The position numbers and the translations under genes are program-made. Source: Folioceros fuciformis (lineage: Eukaryota). Taken from it: 64,000 nt of DNA. The DNA lies in NCBI GenBank assembly GCA_049999805.1, contig JBNGIO010006342.1, positions 103,778-167,777 of the forward strand, given 5' to 3'. Under the pieces are notes generated by a model. The model worked only from the letters and a program-made list of their open reading frames with translations. It ran no database searches and was not told the DNA's origin. Below, piece by piece: positions 11,807 through 24,740 of this stretch. Each line of letters begins with the position of its first letter. The first letter of the stretch is position 1.

Positions 11807-14800
11807 CTAACATCGCCAGGCAGAGGCGGCGATGATGGGCCGATCTTGCCAGCCCACCAGCAGGCAGCCCTTGTCCTCGACCAGCGTGTATCCGTCACAG
11901 CGATAGAGCTGGAGCAGGACGCGCGACTGTTGGCTTGCGGTCTGGCTGAGCGGCACGCTCTGAAAGCCGATGCTCTCCATGATCTTGCGCCACCGCTCCA
12001 GCTTCTCGTGCCGCTCCACCCGCTCCGTCCCCTCGCATGACACGATGTTGGTGATCTCCTGCGCGAAGATGAGTTGCTCCACCTTGGCCCGCTCAGGGCT
12101 TTCCTGCACGCGCCGTGGGGCGATGGACGCAATGTGTGTCATCTCACGGGCTCTACAGCTTTCCTGCACGCACTTGTCAGGGACTCCTGGAATGAGCGGG
12201 CAACTGACCTGTGGGAGCGTGGCGTCTAGAGAATCGAAGATGGCCGAATAATAGTGCAACGCTTCCAGGAATCTGCCAAGGAAGAATTGGCCGTTGTGCG
12301 ACGCCTCCTGCTCCACCAGCGTCACGATCTTGGGAGCCTGCTCCCGGATCATGTGCAGAATCCCCACCAGCGGGGTGACGGGCTCGTTGTTCATGGACAG
12401 CAGCCGGTGCAGCCTGTTGACGGAATTCACCGCCAGCGCCTCGCCCACGCGCCGCTGCAACATGTAGGCCTGCACACTCTCCAAACCATGCATCTGGGAA
12501 GAAGCTTAAGGCAGAAGAGGCATAGGTTGGAAGACGCAGGCGTGGTAAACTCGCAGAAGCAAAAAGGTGGTTGTGTAGGTGCGGGCGGCCGTGCGTACCT
12601 GCACATTTTCCAGGCGCTCCCCTACGGCATGGAACTCGAAGGGGATCTGCATCGACTCGGCAATCGTTGCCAGCGTCTTTCCTGCGATGCGATCCACAAT
12701 GTCTGTTACTGAACATTGTCTCGTACCTCGTCCCGGATGAAGTGACGAGTCTGTCCTCCCTTGAAAGCGTGACATTCAGACACACAAGACAGGACTTCAT
12801 TGAAACACCACAAAACAGAGTCAGTCCTTGGGACGATCACAGCTCTGCTTGGATGGGGTGCCAGCCATCTCCCAGCCTCATGGGCCTCGTCCAGCCATTC
12901 TTCTGTTCCTTTTTTCCCCCTTCCGTGCTGCTTCTGCACGGGAGCGGCGTGATGCAAAGGACGTGGGAGTGCGGTTCATCGTGACTCGCCTGTTTCCTCG
13001 ACGGCGTCCAGTGGCATGCCCACGCCGGTGATGCGCAGGCGGGGTGCTCCGCCGTGCCGGGCGGCAAGCGCCTGCATCAGAGTCGGCCACTGGTAGCCCT
13101 GCAGGATGTCCAGGTCGATGATGTGCACCCGCTCCTCGCCGTCGAACGCCTCATATATGGCCTGAGGTCGGCAGCGAAGGAGCACTTGAAGCATCGCATT
13201 GCATTACATTGAAAGCAGCCCGTGTGATCGTATGATGATCCCTACCTGGTTGGACGTGAAGTGCGCGAATTTCACGTAGGGGCAGACCTGGTAGAGGATC
13301 TGGTACGCCGCCATCACCTCCTCGCTGGACGCAGGGTCGTAGGCCCGCAGCGCCAGATAGGAGCGGGATCCCGTGCCCATGATCCGAGCGTGTAACGCGT
13401 CCGTGAAATAAGCCGCCACGCGGTGCATCGAGTCCCCCATGGGCGACACCATCTGCTGCAGCTGGAGCAGGCTGCCCTGCGCCAAGATCTTGTCGTCCTG
13501 CGCCACCGCTTCCGCGCACGACAGCAGCAGGTGCACCAGCTGCAGCCCGCTGTCGTGCTGCTGCTCCGCCATGCCCACCATCTGCTCGCCTTCCTGCGCC
13601 TCCCACGTCCACAATCAAAACTTGCGGGGCCACCGACAACCGAAAACACAACCGAAGGGGGAACAGGGGAGACAAGCGGTGAGGAAGAAAATCTATGCCT
13701 GCGAAAGCGATGCCCTGGACGACGAGGACATCTCCATGGCCGCGTTGCTGAAGTGCGGTGGCGGCGCGACGGCCGCAGACCAGATGGATGGTAGGCTGGG
13801 CGGGGAGTTGGAGAAGGAGAGGGATTGGGAGAGCTGGCCCGAGAGGGAATTGTTTCGGACATGGCCGGCTGATGACGACCCCGCTGCTCCTGCATGGCCG
13901 TGGCCGTGGCCGTGGAGGTGCGGTGCGGCCGCGCTGCGAGAGGGAGATCCTACCATGTACTGCTCCATGGTGTAGTCGTGCGCGGGCCCCGGCCCCGGCC
14001 CCGGCCCCGCGTACCTGTGGCTATGGCTGCGGCTGCTGCTGCTCCCGCTGCTGCTTCTCCGCGCCAACGAGGTGGGGGACGACGCCGACGCCACCGGACT
14101 GGAGGAAAGCGCCTGCATGCTGCCGTTTCCGGGGGAAATGGAAGGGTAAGCCTGGTGCGCATGCGGCTGCTCCATCCCCATCTGCTCCAGCTGCGGCGCC
14201 GAGGGCACCTTATGCATCCTGCTCCCGCCGCTGTGGAACTGTTGGAAGGGGGAGATGGAGCGGGAGGCGGGGCTGCCTGGGTGCGGGTGCGCGAGGGACG
14301 GCCGGGAGATGTTGACGCTCACGGAGTGCGTGCCGTGGCGCCGGGCCTGGAGCTGCGGGGAGTGGGAGTGGGAGTAGTGTTGTTGATGCTGCTGCGGTTG
14401 CGGCTGCTGCTGTTGCTGCTGGCTCCGGGCGTGGTGGAGGTGCGAGGATCCCGAGTCCAGGAACGAGGTTCCCGCCATGCCCGGCGAGGAGGAGCGCGGT
14501 GGGGGAATTATTCCCCCGTATTCTGCATACGGGGCTGCCGGAGGCGGATGCAACCCTGACAAGGCCGGAGATGCTGTCCTACGAACCGGGGTATGCGGAT
14601 GCGGGTGAGTGTGCGGCATCAGACAGTTCTTGTGGCCATTCCCCCCGCTCTGTGCGCACTGTGCCTGTCCCTGTGATTGTACCGCGGCGAACATATTGAG
14701 GTGCTGGTGGTGGTACATCGGCGCCGGGCTGTAGTAAGACGGCCCTTGCTGCTGCTGCTGCTTTGCATCCATTTGCTGCTGCTGCTCTTGTTGCTGCTGC

Positions 14801-15063
14801 TCCACGTGCCCTGGCGTGTCCATGGATTCCTCCATCAGCTCCTCTAGGTCAATTATGTTATCGATCCACTGCAGCGTGGAGCTCTCCGGGGACTCCATAT
14901 CCATGAGCAGCAAATCCGGTTCCTCCTCCTCCTGCTCCTTTTCAGCCTCCGAATCCGGTTCCCCGTCTCCGTCCCCGTCGTCCGCTCCCGGAAGCGGAAG
15001 AACCTCGACAATCTCCAGGCTCTGCACGCCCTGACTCAGACTGCCGAACATGGAATCCTGCAT
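11807..15063 (-). CDS. RAM1: GRAS transcription factor, RAM1 clade. Exons (-) 15063-13699, 13593-13246, 13161-12990, 12681-12599, 12469-12209, 12103-11807; start codon uncertain (ORF open to ~15160)
   Basis: [107 protein letters not shown] and [23 protein letters not shown] closely match legume RAM1 as recalled. The long N-terminus is Q/H/P/S-rich. Confidence 0.88.
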
Positions 15064-15562
15064 CGTGCGACTGGTCCCTCCGACATCACCTGACACTTCT
15101 TCCTCCAGCAATTGCACTTGCGTCGTTTCCAACTCATGGTGCGCCGCTGCATTACATTGTCACCACTTCCCCTTCCTGCATCAACGTCTTGATTTTCCTG
15201 ACCACACCGCACTCGACCGTCCCCCTTCCGCCACCGAGCCTCGGTCGCTCCTACAACCCCGGTTTGAACCGTAGGCCTCGCCCGCACGTGGCGGGTACTT
15301 CGCCTTCAGCAATCGGTTCGGGCTTCGGGAAGTCCCCCCGCCAGCAGGACTTCCGACTCTTCCGAGGCTTCTCCAGGCTCTTAGGGCAGCTCCCGCCGTC
15401 GCGGTAGGTGTTTGTTTTCGGATGATATTTTCTCGAGGACAACCGAGCAACAGTCACTGTTCCAAGAACCAACACCGTCCAGTCCAAAAGTGTCGGCTAG
15501 TTCAGACCTCAGGAGCTACAGAAGAACGGGAAGTCTACTAGAAACTGAAAAAAAAAAAACAC

Positions 15563-17749
15563 TTAAGAACTAGAGTTTTGAGGACTCGCTGCGACCAAGG
15601 GCCCGTACAGTTCATGCTCGACACCATGAGCTGGATACCTCACAAGATCTGCGCAAGGATTGGGCTGGATTTTGCCCACAACTCTGCCCTCAACAAAAGA
15701 GCACTGAAAGACGTGCTTCTTCTTCTTAGTGGAACCCACATATACATTCTTGAACTCGAGTCCAGTGACGGGGATCTCCTTGGTGCCGTAGATTCTCACA
15801 GGGATGCGCACATCTTCGCCGTAGACGTCGTGGAAGGAGATGTTTGCCACCTTTGGGTAGGCGAGAGGGTCAAAGAAATCGTCTGGATGCTCGCCGTAGT
15901 CGGTCTTAATGGCGATGCCAACCCGCACTGCCTCGAATCTCACATTCTTGTACCTGATGTTGGTCACGTACCCACCCCTTCCTGCAGAGGTTTTGATTCG
16001 GAGTCCCCGCCTGGAGCCCCATGCAAGCAGGTTCTCGACGGAGACGTTGGTCACTCCTCCTGACATTTCACTGCCAATGGAGATTGCAGCACTGCAAAAC
16101 ACATCCCAGTTAAAAGGCCTCTTCCTTCCTTCGGCACGTCACGATCTCCTTCTGTGCTCAGACATGACCAAACGATTGATGGTGGCATGCGGGTACCTGA
16201 CTGGAGCATGCGCAATTAGGTTACGGATGATGATGTTGGCAGAAGGTCGACCATACTTGATGCCATACTGGTCCCAACCGCTCTTGATCGCCACTGCATC
16301 ATCGCCCACGCTGATGTAACAGTCTTCTATCACGACATCTGTGCAAGAGTCTGAAAACAAGCACGTGGCAGTCGTTAGGGCGGGCGAGATTCAGAAACTA
16401 GCACAGAGTTGCGAGGGAGCTGCAAACTCGACTTGCTTCTAGTACCTGGGTCTATGCCATCTGTGTTGGGAGAAGACTCTGGCGCCAACACTGTAACTCC
16501 TCTGACAGTAACATTCTTGCAGTCGTAAGGATGAAAAGTCCAGAAGGGCGAATTTCTGAGAGTGACATTCGATACTTCGATGTTACTGGACCATTGGAAC
16601 TGCACTAGGCAGGGCCTTGTACGCCGAGATTTCTTCTGCCTGAACTTGCGCCACCAACGCTGCCCTTGCCCGTCAATTGTTCCATTGTGACCTGCGGCAG
16701 CAAAGATCCAACATCGATCGAGTACGTCCCACAGGAAAAATCTACAAAGTGAGGCAAAACGGAGGACGAGAAAGCATAGTGTCCGAGTGAGAAAGAACCG
16801 GTGATTACGATGTCCTCCAGATTTTGACCATGAATCAGGCTACCATACCGAGGACCAGGGTATTCGCGACCACGTCCATATGACGGCAAGGGAGGCAGGA
16901 TAGGCCAGTAGCTCTCGTCCTAAGAGTAAGCATGAGCAAAACTTGGGTCACAGGAGACAAGCAGAAAGCCAAGGCCTACGGTTCATTCATCACACATCGG
17001 CAGGACCTAAGAACTACACACATTAGCAGTTAAACTCCCCTCAACATCCCCCTCCTATCCCTCTCACCTTGTGCATCGTTCCATGCTGATCAAAAAGCCC
17101 CTTTCCAGCTGCAATCCCTCCTTCCCACCACAAGCTCACTGCTACCACCATGCAAACTAGCTCTTCACCTCCATTCGGTCACCATGTGCACGCAACGTCC
17201 TGCCTACCGAAGGATCAATAGAAGAAACAATCTTCAAAAATCCTCTACAAGCAAGCACCAACTCTGTCTAACAGCGAACCAACTCAGGACACACAGCAAA
17301 ACAAAATTCACCTCAATCCCCAGTACCACAGCATCCTTCGCGAGAAACAAGGTCATGTGGCTGGTGAGATTGAAAGGGGCTGTGAGCCAACGCCCTCGGC
17401 CAACGTTGAGCTGCCCTCCTCCATCCCCTGACACCGCCCGGATCGCAGCGACTGCTGCCTCAAATGCATGCGTATTGAGCGCCCTCCCGTCGCCCACCGC
17501 TCCGAAATCCGTCAAATTAAACACGTGCCGCCTCAGCGTGGGAAAGGGCAGAGCAGCCTCTACAACCTCCCCCTGTCTAATCGGGGCATACTTCACAATC
17601 TGGACGCGCTGCCAAGCGAACAGGAGCGCGAACGCCAGCACCCACACAACGCAGAGAACCCAGTGGCGCGACTTATACCCAGCACCAAGAACCCTCCTGC
17701 CCTCCGACTTCTGGTGCCCCGCGCGTGGGATAGACGGCAATCTCTGCAT
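15563..17749 (-). CDS. Polygalacturonase-like (glycoside hydrolase family 28) with N-terminal membrane anchor; multi-exon
   Basis: FNLTDFGAVGDG..NTHAF, WLTAPFNLTSHMTLFL, PSYGRGRE, SPFWTFHP, SPNTDGIDPDS, CYISVGDDAVAIKSGWD, ISIGSEMSGGV, LRIKTSAGRGG. Hydrophobic segment WVLCVVWVLAFALLFAW. Confidence 0.93.
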
Positions 17750-18923
17750 CGCAACAACCCCACCTCCAGCCACCCGAAAAACAACACCCTCCTCACTCCG
17801 CACCCGCCATCACCCCCTGCCTGTCCTACCACAGCAATGACTAACCATAAACCCCGAGCCTACGCATCGCAGCCCTAACAGAGGGAAGAGCAGCCGCAAC
17901 AGCAGCAGAGGCGAGCGGACGCCCGCTCCGCCTAGACTGAAGAGGAGGGTACACGGTAGCCGCCACCTCACGCCGCTCCCGATCGCTACAAATGGAAGCC
18001 CCCTGGGAGAGCTCCCCCGGACGAGAGGAGGCGCGGAAAGGTTCCAACCGCAACTCGACAAGCCATGGAGGACACCATCGCCTCGCTTGTTGCGAGGGAA
18101 GCAACAACTGTCGCGCACGTGGCAGCCAGAGAAGTCGGAATCGAGAATTTGAGGGGACACCTGACGAGCCGCCTCGCGATGGCTGATGCTCTCCCCGGCC
18201 TTCTGGCCCCCGGAAGGTGGAATCCCCCACCACACGAATGGCCGGCAGCTGGCTTGCCTGCACGGCACGGAACGGGCTCCCTCCATCACATTTTATGAGC
18301 CGCCCGAGCTCCTCCCCCCGGCCTCGGATTATTGGGATCGGGCCGCGCCCGAGCCTCGCGAGCGCCGGTCTTTCACAAAACGACGATTTCCTGTCGAATC
18401 CCGACCCGGGCTTCCCACCCTGTTCAAGACTCTTCCCTATTGCTCTGCACTGACTGACGCAAGCTGATCTTGGTCGGTCTTTCGTTTCATCTATTCCTGT
18501 TTCGGCCATAGAGATAACTTACAACTGCTTGTGTGCGTGGAGACGGTTAGTATTACTTTCACAATTTAAAATGAACACACGACTCGCCTGGTGGTGAATT
18601 AAATAGCCTTCCTGATTTCCAGGGCTACAAAAGGCGGCTGAAGTGACCGGGTCAACCGGTTGCAACCGATACCTCCTGTGACGTGTAGAGGCGAGGAAAT
18701 TGCGCAGTAGACTGAGGCATGTCTTGTAGTTGCGGCGGCACTGGGGTTGCACCAGAAAAGGCGGGAGGTCTTCGAAACTTCTGAGTTCCCGGCGTGGTTG
18801 CATTCAGCTGGGAGTTTAGCATCCGCTGTGATTCCCGCTGCGTTGCAAACAAGACAATACACGTCTGGAGACTGGGAGGCTGGGATGCTGCAACCTGCTT
18901 GAGACGAGTGGACGTACACCAGG

Positions 18924-20958
18924 ATGCCGGCTCCGGATGCGGACCGCGGTGAGCGCGGGCAAGAGGTTGGTGAGAGAGGAGGGGGAGCCCGGTCCGGGGA
19001 GACGGGTTGCGCAGGAAGCTGCTTCACGGAGGATGGGTCTGTGGATTGCAAGGGAAGGCCTGCCAACAAGCTGCGTACGGGGGGTTGGACGCCCTGTTGC
19101 TTCATTCTCGGTGAGAGTCTTGGAATATTGACTAGAGCTGCTGGGGATGCAAGGTTCTGACCTTGTAAGGGATTCTGATGGATTTGGTGCCGAGGTTGAG
19201 AAGGGAATGAGCTGTCGGAGCGTCTGGTGTACTATGGGGTTGGATCCAATCTAGTAACGTACCTCAGCGACGCGCTTCAGCAAGGGTTGGCCACGGCGTC
19301 CAAGAGCGTGAACAACTGGCAAGGGACGAGCCTGCTCACCCCGATTGTCGGCGGGTTCGTGGGAGATGCGTACCTGGGGCGGTACAGAGCCATCGTCCTG
19401 TTCGGTGCCGTCTACATAATTGTGAGTCCTCATCCAGCAGCATCGCTCGCAGATTACTTGCGGGCATGAAGGTGAAGGGGATTTCGTGTGGTCGTTTTGA
19501 GCGACAGGGTCTGATCATGATGGTCGTGTCGGTCACGGTGCCCGGCCTGAAGCCTCCGACATGCGAACCCACGGCGCTCGAGGGATCCGGGTCCTGCCGG
19601 AAAGCCACGGGAGCTCAGGTGGCGTTCTTCTATTGCGCGCTCTACGTCACGGCGCTGGGGTCAGGTGGGATGAAACCCAACGTCTCCTCCTTCGGGGCAG
19701 ATCAGTTCGACTACAAGGATGAAAAGGAGTCGCTTCAGAAGAACTCCTTCTTCAATTGGTGGTACATGATGATCGGAACCGGGACTCTCCTGGCCGTCAC
19801 CGTGGTGGTCTACGTCCAGGATCAAGTGTCCTGGAGCTGGGGCTTCGGGATCCCCACTATCGTGTTGGCCATCTCCTTGACGCTGTTCTTCGCAGGCGCC
19901 AAATTATACCGATACCAAGTACGCTTAGGCAGCCCCTTGAAGCAAGTGGCACGAGTGCTGGTTGCAGCCGCTCGGAACTGGACTGTGAAGCTGCCAGCGG
20001 ACGCCAACCTGCTCTACGAAATCGACATAGGCACCAAGTTCCCGCCTCGGGGCCAGCGTCAAATTCCTCACACCAAATCCTTGAGGTGAGTGCAGCTGAC
20101 CGGAAATTCTTCGACTCATGTATTTGCGACAGCGACTCGACCCAACTTTGAGGCATGCCTGGCAGATTTCTGGACAAGGCCGCCATACCCACAGCCGACA
20201 ACTCTACTTGGCGAGTCTGCACCGTTACTGAAGTGGAGGAGATCAAGCTGTTTGTGAACATGATCCCGGTGTGGGTGACAACTTTGGTCTTCGGAGCCAC
20301 ACTCGGGCAGGGATCGACCGTGTTTACAAGAATAGGAGCCACGATGGACACCCGGCTGGGCTCTCACTTCCGTATCCCCCCGGCTTCCTTGCAGGTCTTC
20401 ACCACGATTGCTATAATGGTGACCATCCCGCTCTACGATCGAGTGTTCGTGCCCATAGCCCGGCGCTTTACTGGGAACCCACGCGGGATATCCATGCTGC
20501 AGCGCATTGGATTCGGGCTGCTCCTTGCCAACATATCCATGGTGTGCGCAGCTGTTGCCGAGACCAGCAGGCTTGAGTACGTCAGGCAGCACGGCCTGCA
20601 AGACTCCCCCAAGACCATGCTCCCGCTCTCCATCTTCCACCTGGTGCCGCAATACGCGATAATGGGCGTGGCGGACGCCCTCACCATTGCCGGGTTGCTG
20701 GAATTCTTCTACGACCAGTCTCCCGACCACATGCGCAGCGTGAGCACTGGCTACTACCTCAGCATCGGGGGTGTCGGCACCTTCCTCAGCAGCGTCATCA
20801 TCACCGTTGTGAATGGAAGCACACAGCCCCCCTGGATCGGCACCAATGTGAATCGCTCGAGCTTGGACAAATTCTTCTGGATGTTCGCCATCGTGGGCAC
20901 AGTCAACCTCTCTGCCTTCTGCCTGGTCTCTTGGAGGTACCGTTACAAGGCCGCTTGA
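18924..20958 (+). CDS. NRT1/PTR family (NPF) transporter, 4 exons
   Basis: DGSVDCKGRPA..TGGW, ELSERL (ExxER motif), GGFVGDAYLGRY, LYVTALGSGGMKPNVSSFGADQFD, SFFNWWY, FLDKAA, CTVTEVEEIK, LQRIGFG, EFFYDQSPDHMRS. Confidence 0.96.
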
Positions 20959-21496
20959 TCATGAGAAGATGCAGCGATGAGTAGATCGAGGAATGTCTGA
21001 TTACTATTACAGAATGTACTATTCCTATCAAGGTGTAGCAATAACCTACAGCATCGTCGTGGTGACAGCGCCGCCATGGTGTCCGAAAAGGAACCCAACG
21101 ATCTTCAAACTGTACGTACCTGACGTGGTCACAGAGCACACGACTTCCCCACGCAAGGCAGATGACGTCCCCTCCATGGCAAGGACGTGCTTCAGTGGCC
21201 TCCACATAATGTTTCCTCTCATGTCATTGCACCTTAAGCACCTGAGGGCTGTGGGATGGACGTGACGCTTGGGATATGGACCTGACGCTTGGCTGTGAGC
21301 CTCACTTTGTGTGTTTTTGTACCCGGGGACTGCAACAACAACAAGCTTTATCTATGTCCACTAAGGATGGAAGACCCATCATGGGACATAGATAGCACAA
21401 CATAAAAGAGGTACGTACGTATGAACTAGAGAATAGTACCTGGACGATGGAAACAGAAAAGAAGGCAAAGACAAGAAGCTCCGACAGACATAGTCC

Positions 21497-21633
21497 ATAG
21501 AGCCTAGGAATGTGGAAAGAAAAAAAGTCTGCGCAGCGAGAAGCTAGCACACTCAAAAGACATAGTCGATAGAGCCTAGGAATGTGGAAAGAAAAAAAAG
21601 TCTGCGCAGCGAGAAGCTAGCACACTCAAAAGA
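21497..21633. repeat. Tandem duplication of ~72 bp
   Basis: ATAGAGCCTAGGAATGTGGAAAGAAAAAAAGTCTGCGCAGCGAGAAGCTAGCACACTCAAAAGA occurs twice in tandem. Confidence 0.85.
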
Positions 21634-23030
21634 AGAGAGTAATGAAACCGAATATCGGCATAGGCAGAATAATAAAAGAGCAAGTGTGATTCATATTCAA
21701 GATCCAAGGAACAAAGCTTGCAGAAGTCCAGATCCAAGGAGCAAAGCTTGCACAAGTCCAGGGATTGATCCTCCTTAGCCTGTTGTAAATGGCGGTTGTA
21801 AGAATGTGCGACAAGCAAAAATAGATTATTTTTTAATGAATATAATAAGACTATTTATATCATTTGGCTAGTAATAATGATTAAACATAACTAGCTGTCT
21901 TGAAGTGACTTATAACACTTATATGGAAAGCTTGTGATCAATTTTTTTTTTTTATTTGAATCCAAAGTTCATGTTCCTAAAGTCTATACATGTATAGCAT
22001 GACGAGGAAGAAAAGTTCAGCCCAAAGTTTTCATGTTATGGAAAAGATGGTTCTAGGAATGTTATCATGTATTACGCGGTTGGTTTGCGTTACTCTCCTT
22101 TGTGGGACGAATAGTATATGATCTATGGTTCTCATCTAGAACAAGAAACATTTGACTTAAGCATTATCAATCGCCCTTGTGTAACATCACATAAAGTCTA
22201 TATTTGCTATCAAAATTTGAGTTACATTAAGGTTGATTTTTCACTTTTGTTTGATGTTCTCATAAGATACATGTACGTGTGCAGATTTCACATGGTTTCA
22301 TTGTGGATTGTGTGAAAATTGAAGACCAAGTGACTTTGCAACATCCAATGTTCAAAGGTCATGTCCTTCAAGTATGTCTCAAACTGAAATAATCTCCTAT
22401 GTTTTATTTTACTTCGATTCATAAGTACGTAAATGCTTTTTGGCTGTGTATACTTGCAAAACCCAACTCCATTACTTCAAAATTTATAACTAAGAGCCAC
22501 ACGAGAGTCTCCCAATCTTGAAGAATACCACCGAGAAGTTGGCAAGTGCCCAGATGGAACCATTCCTATGCGACGATCACATCTTATGAGCTAGATGATT
22601 TGAAATCTAGTAAGAACATGGAGCGTTTGATCGATTCGTGGGCAGCAGGGCTTTCAAAATAAACTACATGAGTGAGAGCGAGAGGGGAGAGCGGTTTGAA
22701 ATATTTTGAGATAACGTGTAGTACATCGATGGTTGAAATCAACAGATTAGCCACGCCTTAGGCTTGAATGAGTTGTCAGATCTAACATATAACAAGCATC
22801 ATTTAACATACAAAGGGTACATACATTGCGTCGACAAACAAATCATCAACAACCATGTACTCGTCTCAACCTACACCAAGTGCAACTTCCTTGGCATGGC
22901 TAAACCAAGAAATGTCAACTCGTGAGAAGAGCCACAGAACTCCATATGATGTGCATGTTCTCCACTACTAGTCTTCATTATCTATGAGGATCAACAATTG
23001 CCTGCTTACTTTATATGAGGAACATAGTAT

Positions 23031-23918
23031 TTAAACCTCCCCACCAAAATGCAAAAGGCTATGAATCAAGAGCCTTGTAAGGCACCTTGGACATGCACAC
23101 CCTATAGTTCTAACTTGTTGGTGTGCAAGCACATGTGCTCTTGACATGACAAGCCTTTGCTCCAAAAAAAGCTTGAAATCTTCAATTATCTTTTGAGCAT
23201 AACACCTCATAGATAAATGTTCAAGATTTTTGAAATCACGGTTGCATTTTTGTTGTATGTTAATCAAAATCTCCTCCGTCTCTGCTAGCACATTTTTCAT
23301 ATGTGATGTATGCTCTTCAATAAGTTTAAGGCCTACTTTACCAAGTAGTCCATTGTTGAATGAATTATTAATAATATCTTGCTCTTGCCCTGTGGCACCC
23401 CCAAAAATAAAACATGTACAATTTGGTGCATAGGTCCTAAGCAAGTTTTCAAAAATTAGTTGTCGATCAGTAAAAGATAAAGTTTCTACTCCTACTTTAT
23501 GTGCCCATTCTTGTACATCGTGGATCTTCTTTGAAGAACATTGTTGATTATGTTCTTCCACATTCAAATCATGCACCTTGGCAAAAGCTTGTAGAGCTTC
23601 CAAATTCGTACTGTTATTTCTCATTGAAAGAAGATGTCCTCTACCCTTGGGTATCCCATAGAAATGAGATAGGGCAAATTTGTTAATATTTTGAAGAGCT
23701 CTTGCCTTCTCTTTCATCACGCAAGAAGACATGTATTCTGTTAACACCCAATCGAAATTGGACAAAACACTTTTTACATGTTGCAGTTCTTCATCGTCTG
23801 CACTTCTAGCGCATATAACAAACCAAAGCATGCATGTTGCTATGTAATATTCCTTGGTGAACTCGGTAATGGTTCTTGTTCGATTGTTTTCCATAATGAC
23901 CTTGATATCTTTGAGCAA
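23031..23918 (-). CDS. Hypothetical ~290-aa ORF, AT-rich, no recognised domain; possibly TE-borne
   Basis: 888-bp stop-free frame in AT-rich DNA. No motif recognised. Confidence 0.35.
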   Translation of the reverse strand: MLKDIKVIMENNRTRTITEFTKEYYIATCMLWFVICARSADDEELQHVKSVLSNFDWVLTEYMSSCVMKEKARALQNINKFALSHFYGIPKGRGHLLSMRNNSTNLEALQAFAKVHDLNVEEHNQQCSSKKIHDVQEWAHKVGVETLSFTDRQLIFENLLRTYAPNCTCFIFGGATGQEQDIINNSFNNGLLGKVGLKLIEEHTSHMKNVLAETEEILINIQQKCNRDFKNLEHLSMRCYAQKIIEDFKLFLEQRLVMSRAHVLAHQQVRTIGCACPRCLTRLLIHSLLHFGGEV

Positions 23919-24182
23919 TGAATAATGGACACTTATCTCACATATATAGACTACAGTAGATATTTGTCACACATATATAGATAAATATAAAGTAATTAAA
24001 GTAATGTAAAATAAATTCACAACACTCCTCCATGCTTTCAAGGCATCGCCCAAGACCTAGTGCTCTCAAGGCTTTGAGGAGATATTGGACTCAACTCAAT
24101 CAACTGTACTATCCTTAATGGTTGACTAGTTCCCCTTTTATACACAAGTTTTAATCACTAATTTAGCAACTGCTTATTTAAG

Positions 24183-24740
24183 CTATTATTCACTACCACA
24201 CACTTTCCTAGGGCTGTTATTCACTACCTCCTAGGGCTGTCTAGGCTGTCACTCACTACCTCCTAGGGCTGTCACTCACTACCTCTTAGGGCTGTCTAGG
24301 CTGTCACTTACTACCTCCTAGGGCTGTCACTCACTACCTCCTAGGGCTGTCTAGGCTGTCACTCACTACCTCCTAGGGCTGTCTAGGCTGTCACTCACTA
24401 CCTCCTAGGGATGTCTAGGCTGTCACTCACTACCTCCTAGGGNNNNNNNNNNCACTACCTCCTAGGGATGTCTAGGCTGTCACTCACTACCTCCTAGGGC
24501 TGTCTAGGCTGTCACTCACTACCTCCTAGGGCTGTCTAGGCTATCGCTCACTACCTCCTAGGGCTGTCGCTCACTACCTCCTAAGGCTATTATTCACTAG
24601 GAGCTGTCATTCATTAGCTCCTAAGGCTATTATTCATTAGGAGCTGTTATTCATTATCTCCTAAGGCTATTATTTACTAAGAGCTGTTATTCACTATCTC
24701 CTAAGGCTATTATTCACTACTGCACCCTTTCCTAGGGCTG
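24183..24740. repeat. Minisatellite array (~23/32-bp variants of CACTCACTACCTCCTAGGGCTGT[CTAGGCTGT]) with an assembly gap
   Basis: Head-to-tail repetition is directly visible; N-run at 24443-24452. Confidence 0.95.

Noticed and set aside
5364-15487. Many overlapping alternative-frame and antisense ORFs over the ARM and RAM1 genes
   Set aside because: These are shadow ORFs caused by high GC content and have no recognisable protein motifs.
15133-15560. CYCLOPS, P1BS or MYCS elements upstream of RAM1
   Set aside because: No exact GCCGGC, GNATATNC or TTCTTGTTC match was seen by eye.
24183-24740. CRISPR-like appearance of short repeat arrays (also 34817-36370 and 40560-41220)
   Set aside because: Units are head-to-tail with no unique spacers, no cas genes are present, and the context is eukaryotic.
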